A DNA stretch of 64,000 nucleotides from contig JBOEGF010000036.1 in the NCBI GenBank assembly GCA_050633305.1, forward strand, positions 64,001 through 128,000. Direction: 5' to 3'. Every line of letters starts with the position of its first letter. Position 1 is the stretch's first letter. The position numbers were made by a program, and so were the translations under genes. Below are positions 41,738 through 52,594 of this stretch, piece by piece. This DNA comes from Nannocystales bacterium. Lineage in GTDB: Bacteria > Myxococcota_A > Polyangia > Nannocystales > Nannocystaceae. Under the pieces are notes generated by a model. It was not told the DNA's origin and did no database searches. It was given only the letters and a program-made list of their open reading frames with translations.

Positions 41738-42220
41738 ATGCGCCTTACGTTGTCCGTCTCACTGTGTCTGTCGCTCGCCGGATGCGTATCTGAGCCGGCC
41801 ACTCACGTCGCCCCGATCGCGCCGGACAACTCGGCGAACCACAACGGGCCCCGGACCTCCTCCAGGAGCCGGGGTCCCGCCGATGCACCGAAGGTCAACT
41901 GGACTCGTTTGGAACCGGCCAATGTGACTCGCGTCTGCAGTGTCGCGAACGAGGACGGACGCCCGCGCCTGCGGGTCGAGGGCTGCGGTTGCGGCGAAGT
42001 CCTGTACTGCCGGATCGCCGAGCGCGATGGGGCGGCTGTGCTCGAGGTGGGCCAAGACCCCGAAACGCTGACGTTGTGTACCGCGTGCTCCCCCAATGTC
42101 CCGGCCACATGCGCGGTGCCGGCGGACTCGCTGCCACCGGCGATACGTTACGGCGGGGTCGTGCGTGGGCAGTCGAGCGCCCCAACGACCACGATCACGA
42201 TCCGGCCTTGCGCTCGGTAA
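41738..42220 (+). CDS. Cys-rich lipoprotein, hypothetical
   Basis: Lipobox LAGC; CGC and CTAC motifs. Confidence 0.55.
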   Translation: MRLTLSVSLCLSLAGCVSEPATHVAPIAPDNSANHNGPRTSSRSRGPADAPKVNWTRLEPANVTRVCSVANEDGRPRLRVEGCGCGEVLYCRIAERDGAAVLEVGQDPETLTLCTACSPNVPATCAVPADSLPPAIRYGGVVRGQSSAPTTTITIRPCAR

Positions 42221-42322
42221 CTGCGTCTCATCGCTCCTCGGTCGGCCTCGGCCCGACGACTACGGCGTGCGGGGTCTCGATCTGCGCCGCGCCCACGCGA
42301 TGGCCGCGATCCACAGCCCACA

Positions 42323-43215
42323 ACATTCCCGAAAGGGAGCGGAACCGAGACACGCTCACTGGGGAGCTCGACCTTCGAGGATAAGGTTCTCCAGCGAGCT
42401 GTGGCGATGGTGCTCACGGCGGTCTACGAGCAGGACTTCTTGCCCTGCTCGTACGGGTTTCGGCCCGGTCCCTTCGCGCACCAAGCCCTGCAAGCGCTGT
42501 GGGAGCGGGCGACGAGGACGGCGGGCGGGTGGGTCGTCGAGCTCGACATACGGAAGTACTTCGACTCGATCGACCATGGCGATCTCCGGGAGGTCCTGCG
42601 CCGCAGGGTGCTCGATGGAGTGCTGCTGAGACTCATCGGCAAGTGGTTGAGGGCCGGCGTCCTGGAGAATGGGACGCTGTCGTATCCACGCAGCGGGAGT
42701 CCTCAGGGAGGAGTCATTTCGCCGCTCTTGGCGAACGTCTTTCTCCACGCGGTTCTCGATGCGTGGTTTGAAGAGGTCGTGCAACCGCGGATGCGGGGGC
42801 AAGTTCGGCTCTTTCGCTACGCGGACGATGCCGTGTTTGTGTTCGCACGCAAGGACGATGCCGAGCGGGTGATGGCTGTGCTTCCGAAGCGATTCGAGAA
42901 GTACGGGCTGACCCTGCATCCCCAGAAGACGAGAGTCATCGAGTTCGTGCGCCCTGACCGTCGGTCGAGGCGCGTGGGTCCGGGCGCTGGAAAGCGATCG
43001 GAGACCTTCGACTTCCTTGGCTTCACGCACTACTGGGGGCGCTCGCACGGCGGAAAACTGCTCGTGCGTCGCGAGACCGCCAAAGACCGCTTTCGCCGTT
43101 CGCTCAAGGGGATCGCGAGGTGGTGTCGATGGCACCGCCACGATGACCTCCGAGTCCAGCAGAAAGCTCTCTCAGAAGTTACGCGGGCACTACGGGTACT
43201 TCGGCATCGTCGGCC
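42323..43215 (+). pseudogene. ltrA: Truncated group II intron reverse transcriptase/maturase
   Basis: PKGSG..R.LG..TFEDK; SYGFRPG; ELDIRKYFDSIDH; SPQGG; RYADD; FDFLGF; frameshift near 43170 before KLRGHYGYFG; both ends missing. Confidence 0.9.
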
Positions 43216-43239
43216 CACGGATGTGCTTCGACCCCCGGA

Positions 43240-43342
43240 CGAGCGCACCGGGTTCGTGTGTACCGAGCCATCCCCGGCACTGGGCAAAGACCTCCGGCTT
43301 GCTGAACACGCGCTGCACGTCTTTGGGCTCGCAGTCCGCGAG
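43240..43342 (-). pseudogene. pheA: Short fragment of a prephenate dehydratase domain
   Basis: KDVQRVFSKPEVFAQCRGWL resembles the PDT pattern IxxVxS(H/K)PxxxxQCRxWL. Confidence 0.5.
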
Positions 43343-43353
43343 CGGCGCTCCGG

Positions 43354-45081
43354 CTATCCGCGCTGGGGGACCCGCTGGGTCTCGCCCCACGATGCCTGCT
43401 GCCCCATCGTCGCGAGCTGAGCCAGCTCGGCGACCGGTGCGAGGGCCTGTCGTGCCATCGCGCGCGCAATGTCGGAACGGGCGATCAGGCGCGCCATCGG
43501 AGGAGACGCGTAGTAATAGAAATCGACCATCGACTTGCCCAGTGCCGAACGCTCCAGCACGCGGTCACGAACCCAGCGCAGCGCCTGCACCTTGTTGTCC
43601 CACGGGACGCCGTAGGCAGCCGTAGCAATGAAACAGAACCCCTCGACGACCGCAAACTGCTGCTGCGGGGTCGTGACGGCCATGGATGCGACGTCGCTGC
43701 TGTTGGCGCATCGGTCTTCGTACCGGATGCCGACCTGGTAATTCGTGGCGCCGAAGAGCTGGTCGAGCTCGCACCACGTGGACACGCCCGGCGCGAGCGG
43801 CTCTCCGCAGTCTTCCTCGGCGGGAACCTGCTGGATCGCCGAGGGGAGCGTGTCGGACGTGAGCGCGAGCTCGCCTTGTCGATAGAACATGCGAACCGCT
43901 CCGAGTTCGGTGCTCACGTCCTCGGGCACGGTGAAGTGCACACGAACGCGATCGAAGTCGAGCGGCTCAACCTCGACGTCGGTCAGCGCAGCGAGCGTGG
44001 TGTCCTCGCAGCTGCCCCAGCCGGGATCTTGGCCCTGGCCGCCGCCCTCGGTGCCGTGGCTGAACACCCCGAACCGAAACGTCTGCTCATTGAGCGTGAA
44101 CAGCTGGAGGCGATCGGCGCCGCTGCCGTCGTCGATGCTGATGCTGTCGTCGGGGGGATTGAGCGTGCCCGACTCGCCGGTGAGGTCGCCGTATCCGGTG
44201 TAGTGATCGGTCGAGTTGAAGCCCGACATTGTGGGCTCGAAGCTCACGTCGTAGACGATAGAGGGCTGCCCCAGGTAGGGGATACCGAAGCTGGCCAGGC
44301 GGGGATCGACGTAGTGGTCGTCCTCCCGATCGTAGGCCCAGCTGTCGTTCTGGTCGTCTTCGATGTTGATCTCGACGCGGGCAACCAGCGGCCCGGCATT
44401 GGCAACATCGGCCGGGATGAGGGCCGTGACGAGGTGCGGCGTGTATCCGGCCGGCGTCGCGCGGGTGACGGTGTCGAGGTCGTTGAGTTCGGAGAACGTG
44501 CGGACGTCGGCGTGGTCGCCCTCGGTCTCGAACTCGACGAGGTCGGAGCGCGGCGGGTACACGCTGGTCTCCTCAGAGAAGCGGCCTTTGTCCGACTGGA
44601 ACACCGCCGGCGAGGGGCAGGTGAGGGTGTCGGTGGAGATGACTTCGTGCTCGTCCGGGGTCAGCGGGCGGCAGAAGTACGGCTCCGGAGAGCTGGAGTT
44701 CTCGTGCCACCCCAAAGAGTTGGCATCGGAGGGCTGGTCGTCGTGAAAGACCAGCTGGGGATAGGTGATGTCCCGGGCGTGGGCCCAGACCGGAAGGACG
44801 CCGGGCCGTGGACCGTACGGAAACCGCCAGCTCGACAAGAAATCCCAGCGACCCGGTCGGTTGCCGATGCCGAGCGTTCCGGTGGCCTGGGTGACAAAGA
44901 CGTCGCGGACGAAGTTGCCCTCGCTGTCCTCAAGCCAGATCGCGATCTGGGCGCCGGGCACGGGCTCGAAGTGAAATTCGAGCAGCGTGTCTCCATCGGC
45001 CGCGGAGGCGAGTGATGGTGTGGAAAGAGCCACGGCCGCGATGCCCACGCCCAAGCCGAACCGCACTGCGCTCGATCGCAT
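43354..45081 (-). CDS. Secreted protein with DUF2271-like N-terminus, FN3-like domain and CFI-box-CTERM
   Basis: Signal peptide; QIAIWLEDSEGNFVRDVFVT; CFIATAAYG...LRWVRDRVL...G...VDFYY..SPP. Confidence 0.8.
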   Translation of the reverse strand: MRSSAVRFGLGVGIAAVALSTPSLASAADGDTLLEFHFEPVPGAQIAIWLEDSEGNFVRDVFVTQATGTLGIGNRPGRWDFLSSWRFPYGPRPGVLPVWAHARDITYPQLVFHDDQPSDANSLGWHENSSSPEPYFCRPLTPDEHEVISTDTLTCPSPAVFQSDKGRFSEETSVYPPRSDLVEFETEGDHADVRTFSELNDLDTVTRATPAGYTPHLVTALIPADVANAGPLVARVEINIEDDQNDSWAYDREDDHYVDPRLASFGIPYLGQPSIVYDVSFEPTMSGFNSTDHYTGYGDLTGESGTLNPPDDSISIDDGSGADRLQLFTLNEQTFRFGVFSHGTEGGGQGQDPGWGSCEDTTLAALTDVEVEPLDFDRVRVHFTVPEDVSTELGAVRMFYRQGELALTSDTLPSAIQQVPAEEDCGEPLAPGVSTWCELDQLFGATNYQVGIRYEDRCANSSDVASMAVTTPQQQFAVVEGFCFIATAAYGVPWDNKVQALRWVRDRVLERSALGKSMVDFYYYASPPMARLIARSDIARAMARQALAPVAELAQLATMGQQASWGETQRVPQRG

Positions 45082-45337
45082 GGCCGCGAGTATAGCGAGG
45101 GGACCCGGTGATCGGCGGCTCGATCGGTGTTGTGCGGCAGGATTTTGGCATTTTCGGCGGTCTGAGCGCTTGCAACCCTCGCACGCGTCGAACCTTCCCT
45201 CTGCGATGTTCGGCTGTGCAGGCGGTTGGTAGCCTCTCGGCTCGTGTCGCGCTCTTTCATCGGGTGGGTTCCGTGGGCCCGGACATTTGTTCTCGGATGC
45301 GCCCCCGCGGCCGAGCCCGCGCAGGTCCCGGCGACCG

Positions 45338-46300
45338 CAGCCGAGCCAAGAACCGCTCCGGGCTCATCTCGGCATAGGTGGCTCCATTTCGGCTGGGCTT
45401 TTTGAAGTGCACGCGGACCTGTCCGTCGGCGGTGCGCTGCACGGCACCGAGCGCAAACGGGGGACGCAGCAGATAGCGGCAGACGCGTTCAAGACGCTTT
45501 CGGTCGCGACCATCAACGGCGACGGCGGCATGAAGCTGCATGCCGAAGCCCGAGACAAGCATCGGTCCGACGGCACAGGGCAGGGCGCGCACGGGCTCAG
45601 GGCCAAGCCCGGATAACCCAAGCTGGACGCATGCCGCGACGCCATCCTCGGGCGGCTCTCCTTCGTCAAGGGCACACTCGGCGAGGTCCGCGTGCAGACG
45701 CTGGAGCGTACTCAAAAGGTGCTCCGCGGCCAGCTGCTCTGGGCCAGAAGCGAACCTCCTGCGCGTCGTCATCGGGAGCCTCGAAGCAGCCATCGGTCAC
45801 CAACGCGTGCAGATGCACGAACAACCCCAGGTCACTGCGGAGCCGCTGCACTACGATGACCATCCCCGGATGCAGCGTGCTGCTGGTCGCCCGAGCGTGT
45901 TCAAGCTTGGTCTGTCGACGCAGCGTCTGCATCACCCTCTTGGCGAAACGCTGGCACACCAGTGCGAGCAAGCGCTTGTCGTAGCCCAGCCGCACGGCCA
46001 TCGGCCCCTCGCGACAGCACCCACTGCCGCCACGGCACGGCCGGGAACCGATGCTCCATGAGCAGCGTCGCGCTCTCGCACATGCGCCGGCCCATGCACG
46101 ACGGGCAGCCCCCGCGGCTCTTGCACGCGAAGGGGACCCGCAGCGCATCGCCGCAGCGTCGGCATTGCGCCACCAAGAAGCCCTACTCGAAGTCCCCACA
46201 CGTCGCGAACGCCTCGATCTCGTCAGCGTACGGCTCTGGAGGCCGAGGGCTAGCCATTCTCCCGATGGAGTGGGGCGATGCTGAGTCTGCGCCACGGGTG
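45338..46300 (-). pseudogene. IS91-family (rolling-circle, HUH/Y2) transposase remnant
   Basis: CRRC...CKSRGGCPSC Zn domain; RQWVLS; HLHALVTDG; LERVCRYLLRPP; in-frame TAG at 46183-46185 and at least 2 frameshifts. Confidence 0.85.
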
Positions 46301-46349
46301 GAGGTCGACGCGGGCACGTTGCTGTTCGATGTCGGCCTGACGGCGAACA

Positions 46350-46843
46350 CCGCCGTTGCGCTTGGGGGACAACAGGCGGTCGATTGTCGCCGGGCTAATC
46401 TGGAGGAGCTTCTCTCGGACGGTTGAGTCGAGGCCGAGGTGCCCGTGCCGCTCTAGGGCAGGAATCAGCACAGGGAGTAGCGGCGCCAGACGTTTGCCAC
46501 AAATACGATCAGAGGCCTCCCAGAGGATCGTCAGCGCCACGGCCACGGCCCCGTCGTAGACCGGAACTCTGGCCGACGCGCGCCTCGGGCTTGCGGTGCC
46601 AGCCGGCCTGTTCAAGACCCTGACCGGATGCTTGCGGTGGAGGCTGGTGAGCGCGACGAACTCGTCCAGAATCTTCGACTTCTCGACGCGTGTTGCAGGG
46701 CGGTATCGATCGCGCACGGCCTCAGCGAGTTCTTTTCGTACTTGTGATCTGACCTTTGGCACGCGGCCTCCTCGAGTTCTACGGGTTGCATTTTCGATGA
46801 GGCAACGATGTGCTCAGAGTTGCAAAAAACATGAGTCAATGCG
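46350..46843 (-). mobile_element. Left end and truncated transposase of an ISNCY-type element
   Basis: EKSKILDEF...HRKH..R.L; LWEASDRICGKRL; ISPATIDRLL; imperfect direct repeats GTTGCA-N6-ATGAG(G/T)CAA at 46785-46805 and 46819-46839. Confidence 0.75.
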
Positions 46844-46972
46844 CCGGCAGAAATAGTTGTCGCTGACCAAAGGGCAGACAAACAACACTGCATCCAGCGT
46901 CGCGATGGCCTCGCTCACCGCCGCAGACTCCCTCGGCTGGGCTTTTTCCTCACCCTGCTAAACTCCTGGAAT

Positions 46973-47380
46973 GTGCGCGGGGGCCGTGGGACCGAGACCA
47001 TCACGCGCGCGAACCTCGAGGCGGCGCGTCGACTGGGTCACTCGGTCCTGGACGAATCGGCGTCTGTGCAACAGCCCCTGCTGGTCTCCGGATGGGGCTC
47101 GGTGCAGGCGTGCCTGGTTTCCGTCTCTGACCCGCGACGGGATTGGGTCGTGACCCTGGGGACCGAGGAATCTATGGTCGGGCGAGGCTGGAGTCGCACC
47201 CGTTCGCAGTGGCCGTCGGCGAGTGACGCGATGCTGTTTCGAGAAACACCAGTTCTCCTACATGTGCCGCCCCTCCGGCGTCTGGCTCGAAGACTTGTCC
47301 ACGACGAACGGAACGCTCCTCTTGACCCACGAACAAGCCATCGGCCTGCGGCCGTACAGTTGGCCCAGCAGGCCAAGTCA
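46973..47380 (+). pseudogene. Frameshifted FHA-domain gene interrupted by IS3
   Basis: MVGRG in one frame, GVWLEDLSTTNGT in another; cut at the IS3 left end. Confidence 0.5.
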
Positions 47381-47422
47381 TGGGCATGATCGGTTTGGCC
47401 GGACACTCCGAAAGCGGAGACA

Positions 47423-47725
47423 ATGCCAAGCACAACGAACGTGACGAAGAAGCGGACAAGAAGAAAGTACAGCGCCGAGTTCAAGGCCAACGCGGTGAAG
47501 CTGGCCATGCAAGGCGGCATGAGCATCGCGACGGTGGCCCGCGACTTGGGCGTGCACGAGAAGAGCCTCTACGAGTGGGTGCGGCTGGCGAAGGAAGAAG
47601 CCCAAGGAGGACTGTCGTTCGACGAACGCGAGGAGCTGGCGCGGCTACGGCGTGAAAACCGGCGACTTCGACAGGAGCGAGACATCCTAAAAAAAGCCTC
47701 GATCATTCTGGGCGGCGGAGAATGA
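47423..47725 (+). CDS. IS3 OrfA (HTH) with A7G -1 frameshift motif
   Basis: RRKYSAEFK..AV...VARDLGV...W; ERDILKKA; AAAAAAAG at 47689-47696. Confidence 0.9.
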   Translation: MPSTTNVTKKRTRRKYSAEFKANAVKLAMQGGMSIATVARDLGVHEKSLYEWVRLAKEEAQGGLSFDEREELARLRRENRRLRQERDILKKASIILGGGE

Positions 47726-50059
47726 CGAGCTACGACCTCATCGCCGCGTCCAAGGGCGAACTTCCGGTCGCGGTGGCTTGCGACGCCTTGGGAGTCTCGC
47801 GCCCTGCGTACTACGCCCATGTGCGCGAGAGGGAGTCACCGCCCTCGAAGCGCAAGCAACGGGCGAGGCGGCTTGAGCATGCGATTCGAACTGCGTTCGA
47901 CGAGTTCCGCGGAACGTACGGCCGGCCTCGTCTGCTGCGAGTGCTGAGGGCCCGTGGCTTTCGCATCGGCGTGAACCAGCTTCGAAAGTAAATGGCTCAG
48001 ATGGGCCTTCAGGCGAAGCCCAGAAGGAAGTTCAAGCGGACGACCGACTCGGACCACGAGCTGTCGTGCTCACCCAACCTGCTGGCGCAGCACTTCATCG
48101 TCGATGCACCCAACCGTGTCTGGTGCTCGGACATCACCTACGTACGCACGTGGGAAGGCTGGCTCTACGTCTGCGTCGTCGTTGACCTGTTCGCGCGGAA
48201 GGTCGTCGGATGGCACGCCGCAGACCACATGAGAGCCGAGCTCGTGACCACGGCGTTCGACGCCGCAGTCGGTCGACGGGGCGTTGGCCCTGGCCTCATC
48301 TTCCACTGCGATCGCGGCAGCCAGCTTGAACTCAACGGGTCGTCGCAACACCGCTTCGTCGGGCCGAGCGTAGATGATCGTCGAGAGCTTCACCAGGTGT
48401 CTTCCAGCCGAGGGTCTTGCGCGGCCGGCTATTGAGGGTGGCAGCGACGGCAGCGAGGTCGGTAGCGGAGTGCCTGCTGAGGTCAGTGCCCTTCGGGAAG
48501 TATTGGCGCAGCAAACCGTTGGTATTCTCGTTCGTGCCGCGCTGCCAGGGACTGTGCGGGTCGCAAAAGTAGATCGGCAGCCCAGCGTCAACGCGTAGCT
48601 GGGCGTGCTGCGCCAGCTCGGCACCTTGGTCCCATGTCAACGATCGACGCAGAGCAGCGGGCAAAACCGTGATCGATGCCGCGATCGCATCTCGGACCGC
48701 CTTGGCGCCGTGTCCCGCCAAGGCGGGACCGTTCTTGAACCGCGGCTCGTCACCATGACCATCCATTCTGGGCAGGTGCAGCAGGATCGTGAACCTGGTC
48801 GTGCGCTCGACCAGCGTTCCGATCGCGGAGCTTTCCAGACCGATGATCAGGTCGCCTTCCCAGTGTCCAGGCACGGCTCGGTCGTCGGCCTCCGCCGGCC
48901 GTTCGGCGATCATGATCTCGGGGCTGACGAACTTCTTGCCGCGCTCGCGGGTTCGAGCTCTGGGGACTCGAAGCGCTCGCCCGGTTCGCAGGCACGCCAC
49001 CAACTCTCGGCGCAGCGCGCCTCGTCCTTGGACGTAGAGAGCTTGGTATATGGCCTCGTGAGAGATTCTCATCGACTCATCATCCGGAAAATCAACGGGG
49101 AGCCGGTTCGAGATCTGCTCGGGGCTCCATGAGTTGGCCCAGCGCCGATCCTGTCGACGACCGTGGCGTCGACCGTTCCAGCGTACATCGGGACCAGGCA
49201 GGACTGCGCCGTCTGGTGTTGAAATCGTCCCCGCAAGGCGCTCCTGCACGTACTGGCGCCACATGGGGTTTGCGACGAGCTTCGCGATCTTCGGACGCGC
49301 CGCTCGCCGGTCTGCGTGCCACTGCGCGGCCGTGGCCCGATACTCGAGACCCCCGCAGCGAGTCGCAGCGTTACGTCGCAACTCCCTTGAGACTGTCGAC
49401 GGTGACCGACCAAGGTGTCGGGCGATCGCACGTACCCCCTGGCCCTTCGCGCGGAGGAGCCATCTCCTCGCGCTCTGCGAACGACAAGTACCGTCCCGAC
49501 AGCTTGGGGAACTTGGAAGGTGCCATCCCCCCACTTTGCCTAAACCAGCGGTTGCCCACAGCCGGAGAGAGAGCAGCTAAGACCGCGGCCTTCTCGCTTG
49601 CGACGCCTCGCGCGATCGCGTCCCAGAAGCGCTTCCGATGTTCGCGGCGCCACCCCGGTGGGCGGCCAGGCGAACGCATCGGGGGCCGCAACGCTCGGTC
49701 CGCAGGTCGTCCTTTCTTTCTCTTCATCGAGACTCCTTTTCTTCGAGGTGTTGCGACAAACGATTGAATTCGCCCAGTACGCCTCCAGAGTCCTCCGGAC
49801 TCGCCTCGAACGGGCGCAGATGCGGCAGAGCATGTCGCGCCGCGGAAACTGCTACGACAACGCCGTCGTGGAGAGCGTCAACGACAAGCTCAAACAAGAA
49901 CTCATCCATCGAAACATCTGGCCCACCAAAGCACAGGCCCAGTCCGCAATTGCCGACTACATCGAGTGCTTCTACAACCCTCACAGGATGCACTCGACCC
50001 TGGGCTATCTAGCCCCCAACGAGTTCGAACGGGAACATGCCGCGAAACTCGCGGCCTAA
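47722..50059 (+). pseudogene. IS3 OrfB integrase with a nonsense TAA at 47989-47991, split by IS30
   Basis: YGRPRL, WCSDITY, FHCDRGSQ | YAS, GNCYDNAVVES, YNPHRMHSTLGY. Confidence 0.9.
48325..49774 (-). mobile_element. IS30-family element with frameshifted transposase (49727 to 48332, shift near 49460)
   Basis: 28-bp IRs (20/28 by hand); CAG target duplication at 48322-48324 and 49775-49777; SPEQI, GHWEGDLI, TWDQG, WQRGTNENTNGLLRQYFPKG. Confidence 0.92.
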
Positions 50060-50507
50060 CTAACAACGTGTGCGGACTTGCGGATCATGGTCAAGTTCCT
50101 TCATCGCAGGTCTACTGCGATCGAACGCCACCGTGCCCCCAACGACTCGCCGGGGCTCCGGGTTTCAACGGCCTACGCGCTGCAAGAACCGTGTTGTGCA
50201 GCCCAGGTCGAGGCAGCAGGTTTCTGCTCGTCTCGCCGCAGACCGCTTAACGTGTATTTCGACATAATCCGGCCTGGCACCCTCGAAAGGCCGTGCGCGC
50301 GCATGGGGAGTGCTGCGTGCAACACGCGCGCCAGCCCAGCACCAACTGCGCAAAACCGGCTTCCGCGGGACTCGTGTGTGTGCCCACGACCTCCTTGCCC
50401 TATCCACCGACAGGAATGTCGCGGAGCCCCTTGGCATCATCCTCTGTAGAAGCAAGAGAAGCTCGAGCCGATGGGAACTGGCGCAGAGGTTGCACCAGCG
50501 ACCACTC

Positions 50508-51293
50508 ATGCACCGGATTCCGACTTCGTTGACCCAGTCTATTCGTCGTCTCGTGAGCACGCAGGTCAGCTCAGCGTTTGGGCCAGTCCTGGCATTCGCC
50601 GCCGCCCTTGGCTGCGGCGACCCCGACGGTATCGAGGCGAACGGCGAGAGTGACGGCATCGAGGCGAGTGGCGGCATAGAGACGGGCGCACCGTCCAGCT
50701 GCGATGTCCCCTCGGACCCATTTCCCTTACCCGCCGAAAATAGTGTGTCGCTGCGCATCGAGAATCGGACCGATGGCCCAGTCTTTATTGCCGACCCCGG
50801 ATGCATGGACGCGCCGTACCAAGTCGAACTGCCCGCAGGGATTGAGGGTTCGGCACCGGAGCTTCCCGGTTGTCACTGGAACTGCCGCGACGCTGCGAAG
50901 GGGAACTGTCCCCACTCTTCCCTTTGCCAGGGGTCATGCAGCGAGCCCCTGTGGCGGATCGAGCCGGAGGCGACACTGGAGGTGCGGTGGAGCGGCAGGA
51001 TCGAGCGGGCCGTGCCTATACCCGAGGAAGAAGGGTGCTGCGTTGGGTTCTCCACGGAGTGCACGGACACGGAGGTGGCCCCGCCCGGCGAGTACCGCAT
51101 CCTCGTGGACGCGTTCGCGGCTGCCGCGGACTGTGGCGACGCGTGCGAAGTGCCGTGCGAGGAGGCCGAGGCAGCCTGCGAGATCTCCCAGGGCGAAAGC
51201 AACGGCGAGTTCGTTCGTGGTCGCTCGTTCTCCGTCCGCACGAGCTTCGACGTACCTGCCAGCGAACCTGTTGTCGTTGTCATCGAGAGCTGA
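50508..51293 (+). CDS. Cys-rich acidic lipoprotein, hypothetical
   Basis: Lipobox ALGC; short DGIEA repeat; many Cys; APPGEYRI; start uncertain. Confidence 0.65.
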   Translation: MHRIPTSLTQSIRRLVSTQVSSAFGPVLAFAAALGCGDPDGIEANGESDGIEASGGIETGAPSSCDVPSDPFPLPAENSVSLRIENRTDGPVFIADPGCMDAPYQVELPAGIEGSAPELPGCHWNCRDAAKGNCPHSSLCQGSCSEPLWRIEPEATLEVRWSGRIERAVPIPEEEGCCVGFSTECTDTEVAPPGEYRILVDAFAAAADCGDACEVPCEEAEAACEISQGESNGEFVRGRSFSVRTSFDVPASEPVVVVIES

Positions 51294-51544
51294 AACTGTC
51301 CTCGACGAGGACCCGAGTGCGATCGTCGTGCGGTCCTCACCCGTCGGCGGTGGGCACGACGCCTGAATCCAGAATCGACACCCGCAAGCCAGATCGAGAT
51401 GCGGGCCCTGAACCGCGACAGCTGCGTCATTGCATGGTGCACCCGGTGGCTCGCGTTGGTGGTCGGACTGGTGTTCCAGTGATGGTCAACACCTTGCACG
51501 ACGACGCCTCATGAGATTCCACCGTGGTTGGCGCGCCGCCTTCT

Positions 51545-52436
51545 ATGCTCGGCTCGGCCGACCTCGCTCGACGGTCTATCGCGAGCTCGATCGGAACGGC
51601 GGACGAGGCGTGTATCGAGCCGCGGCAGCGGAGACGCGGGCCTGGGACCAGGCGAAACGGCCGAAGATGTGCAAGCTTGCAGCTGATCCCAGACTGCGCA
51701 GGCTGGTGGCTGCCAAGCTTCGCAAAGACTGGTCGCCATCGCAGATATCGGGCTGGCTGAAAGCCCGCGCCCCCAAGTCCTCAGAGCCCTACGGGTCGCA
51801 CGAGACCATCTCTCGGACGCTGTTCGTCCAGGCTCGCGGAGTCCTCAAAAAAGAACTCATCGCCCATCTGCGTTCGAAGCGGGTGATGCGACGTGCCAAG
51901 TCCTCATCCCTGCGAGGCAAGGGGCGAGGCCAGATCGTCGATGCGGTCCCGATCAGCGAGCGACCTGTGGAAGCGGACGATCGAGCTGTCCCTGGGCATT
52001 GGGAAGGCCACCTCATTCAAGGGGCCCGTAGGCACGCCGTAGCAACGTTGGTCGAACGCTGCACGCGGTTCGTCAAGCTCGCCCGGCTCAATGGCAAAGA
52101 CGCACCATCCGTCACGAAGGCGCTGATCAAGAAAGATCGGCAAGCTGCCCGGCGAGGTCCGCCGGTCACTCACCTGGGACCGAGGGCTGGAGATGGCCGA
52201 GCACGCCAAGTTCACGGTGGCGACCGGAGTCCAGGTGTCCTTCTGCGACCCTCAAAGCCCGTGGCAGCGGGGATCGAACGAGAACACCAACCGACTGCTT
52301 CGGCAGTATCTCCCCAAGGGTGCTCCGATCGGAGAGCTGTCCCAGCAGCAGCTCAATGCCATCGCACGCAAACTCAACGAGCGGCCGCGAAAGACATTGA
52401 ACTTCGAGACACCGGCGGACAGACTTGCTGTCGCGC
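51545..52436 (+). pseudogene. Second IS30-family transposase remnant
   Basis: LGRPRSTVYRE, WSPSQI, GHWEGHL (catalytic D to H), frameshift near 52135, WQRGSNENTN, LNERPRKTL; 5' end missing. Confidence 0.88.
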
Positions 52437-52594
52437 TGACCGCGACGGCTGTCGCCCTCATGCCGCGAGGGCGGCTCATCATGCTGCTGGTCGTGAAGGT
52501 GCCGTGGCAGCACCAACAGTACTGCGTCGGACTGGGAGCCCGTATTCTTGGATTCTGCTGAATCCGACCGCCTGCGTCTCCGACGCAGGATCTG

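Larger units (their letters stand above)
47381..50093 (+). mobile_element. Inactivated IS3-family element carrying a nested IS30
   Basis: IRs TGGGCATGATCGGTTTGGCCGGACAC and TGACCATGATCCGCAAGTCCGCACAC (18/26 by hand); orfA plus orfB with DDE motifs. Confidence 0.9.

Noticed and set aside
42323..43420. Retron, DGR or defence RT
   Set aside because: Motifs are those of group II intron maturases, the gene is truncated, and no msr/msd, TR/VR or partner genes were seen.
47371..50100. Target-site duplication for the IS3
   Set aside because: The flanks (..AAGTCA and AGTTCC..) do not form a clean direct repeat.
50624..50685. DGIEA tandem repeat as a functional array
   Set aside because: Short low-complexity linker after a lipobox.
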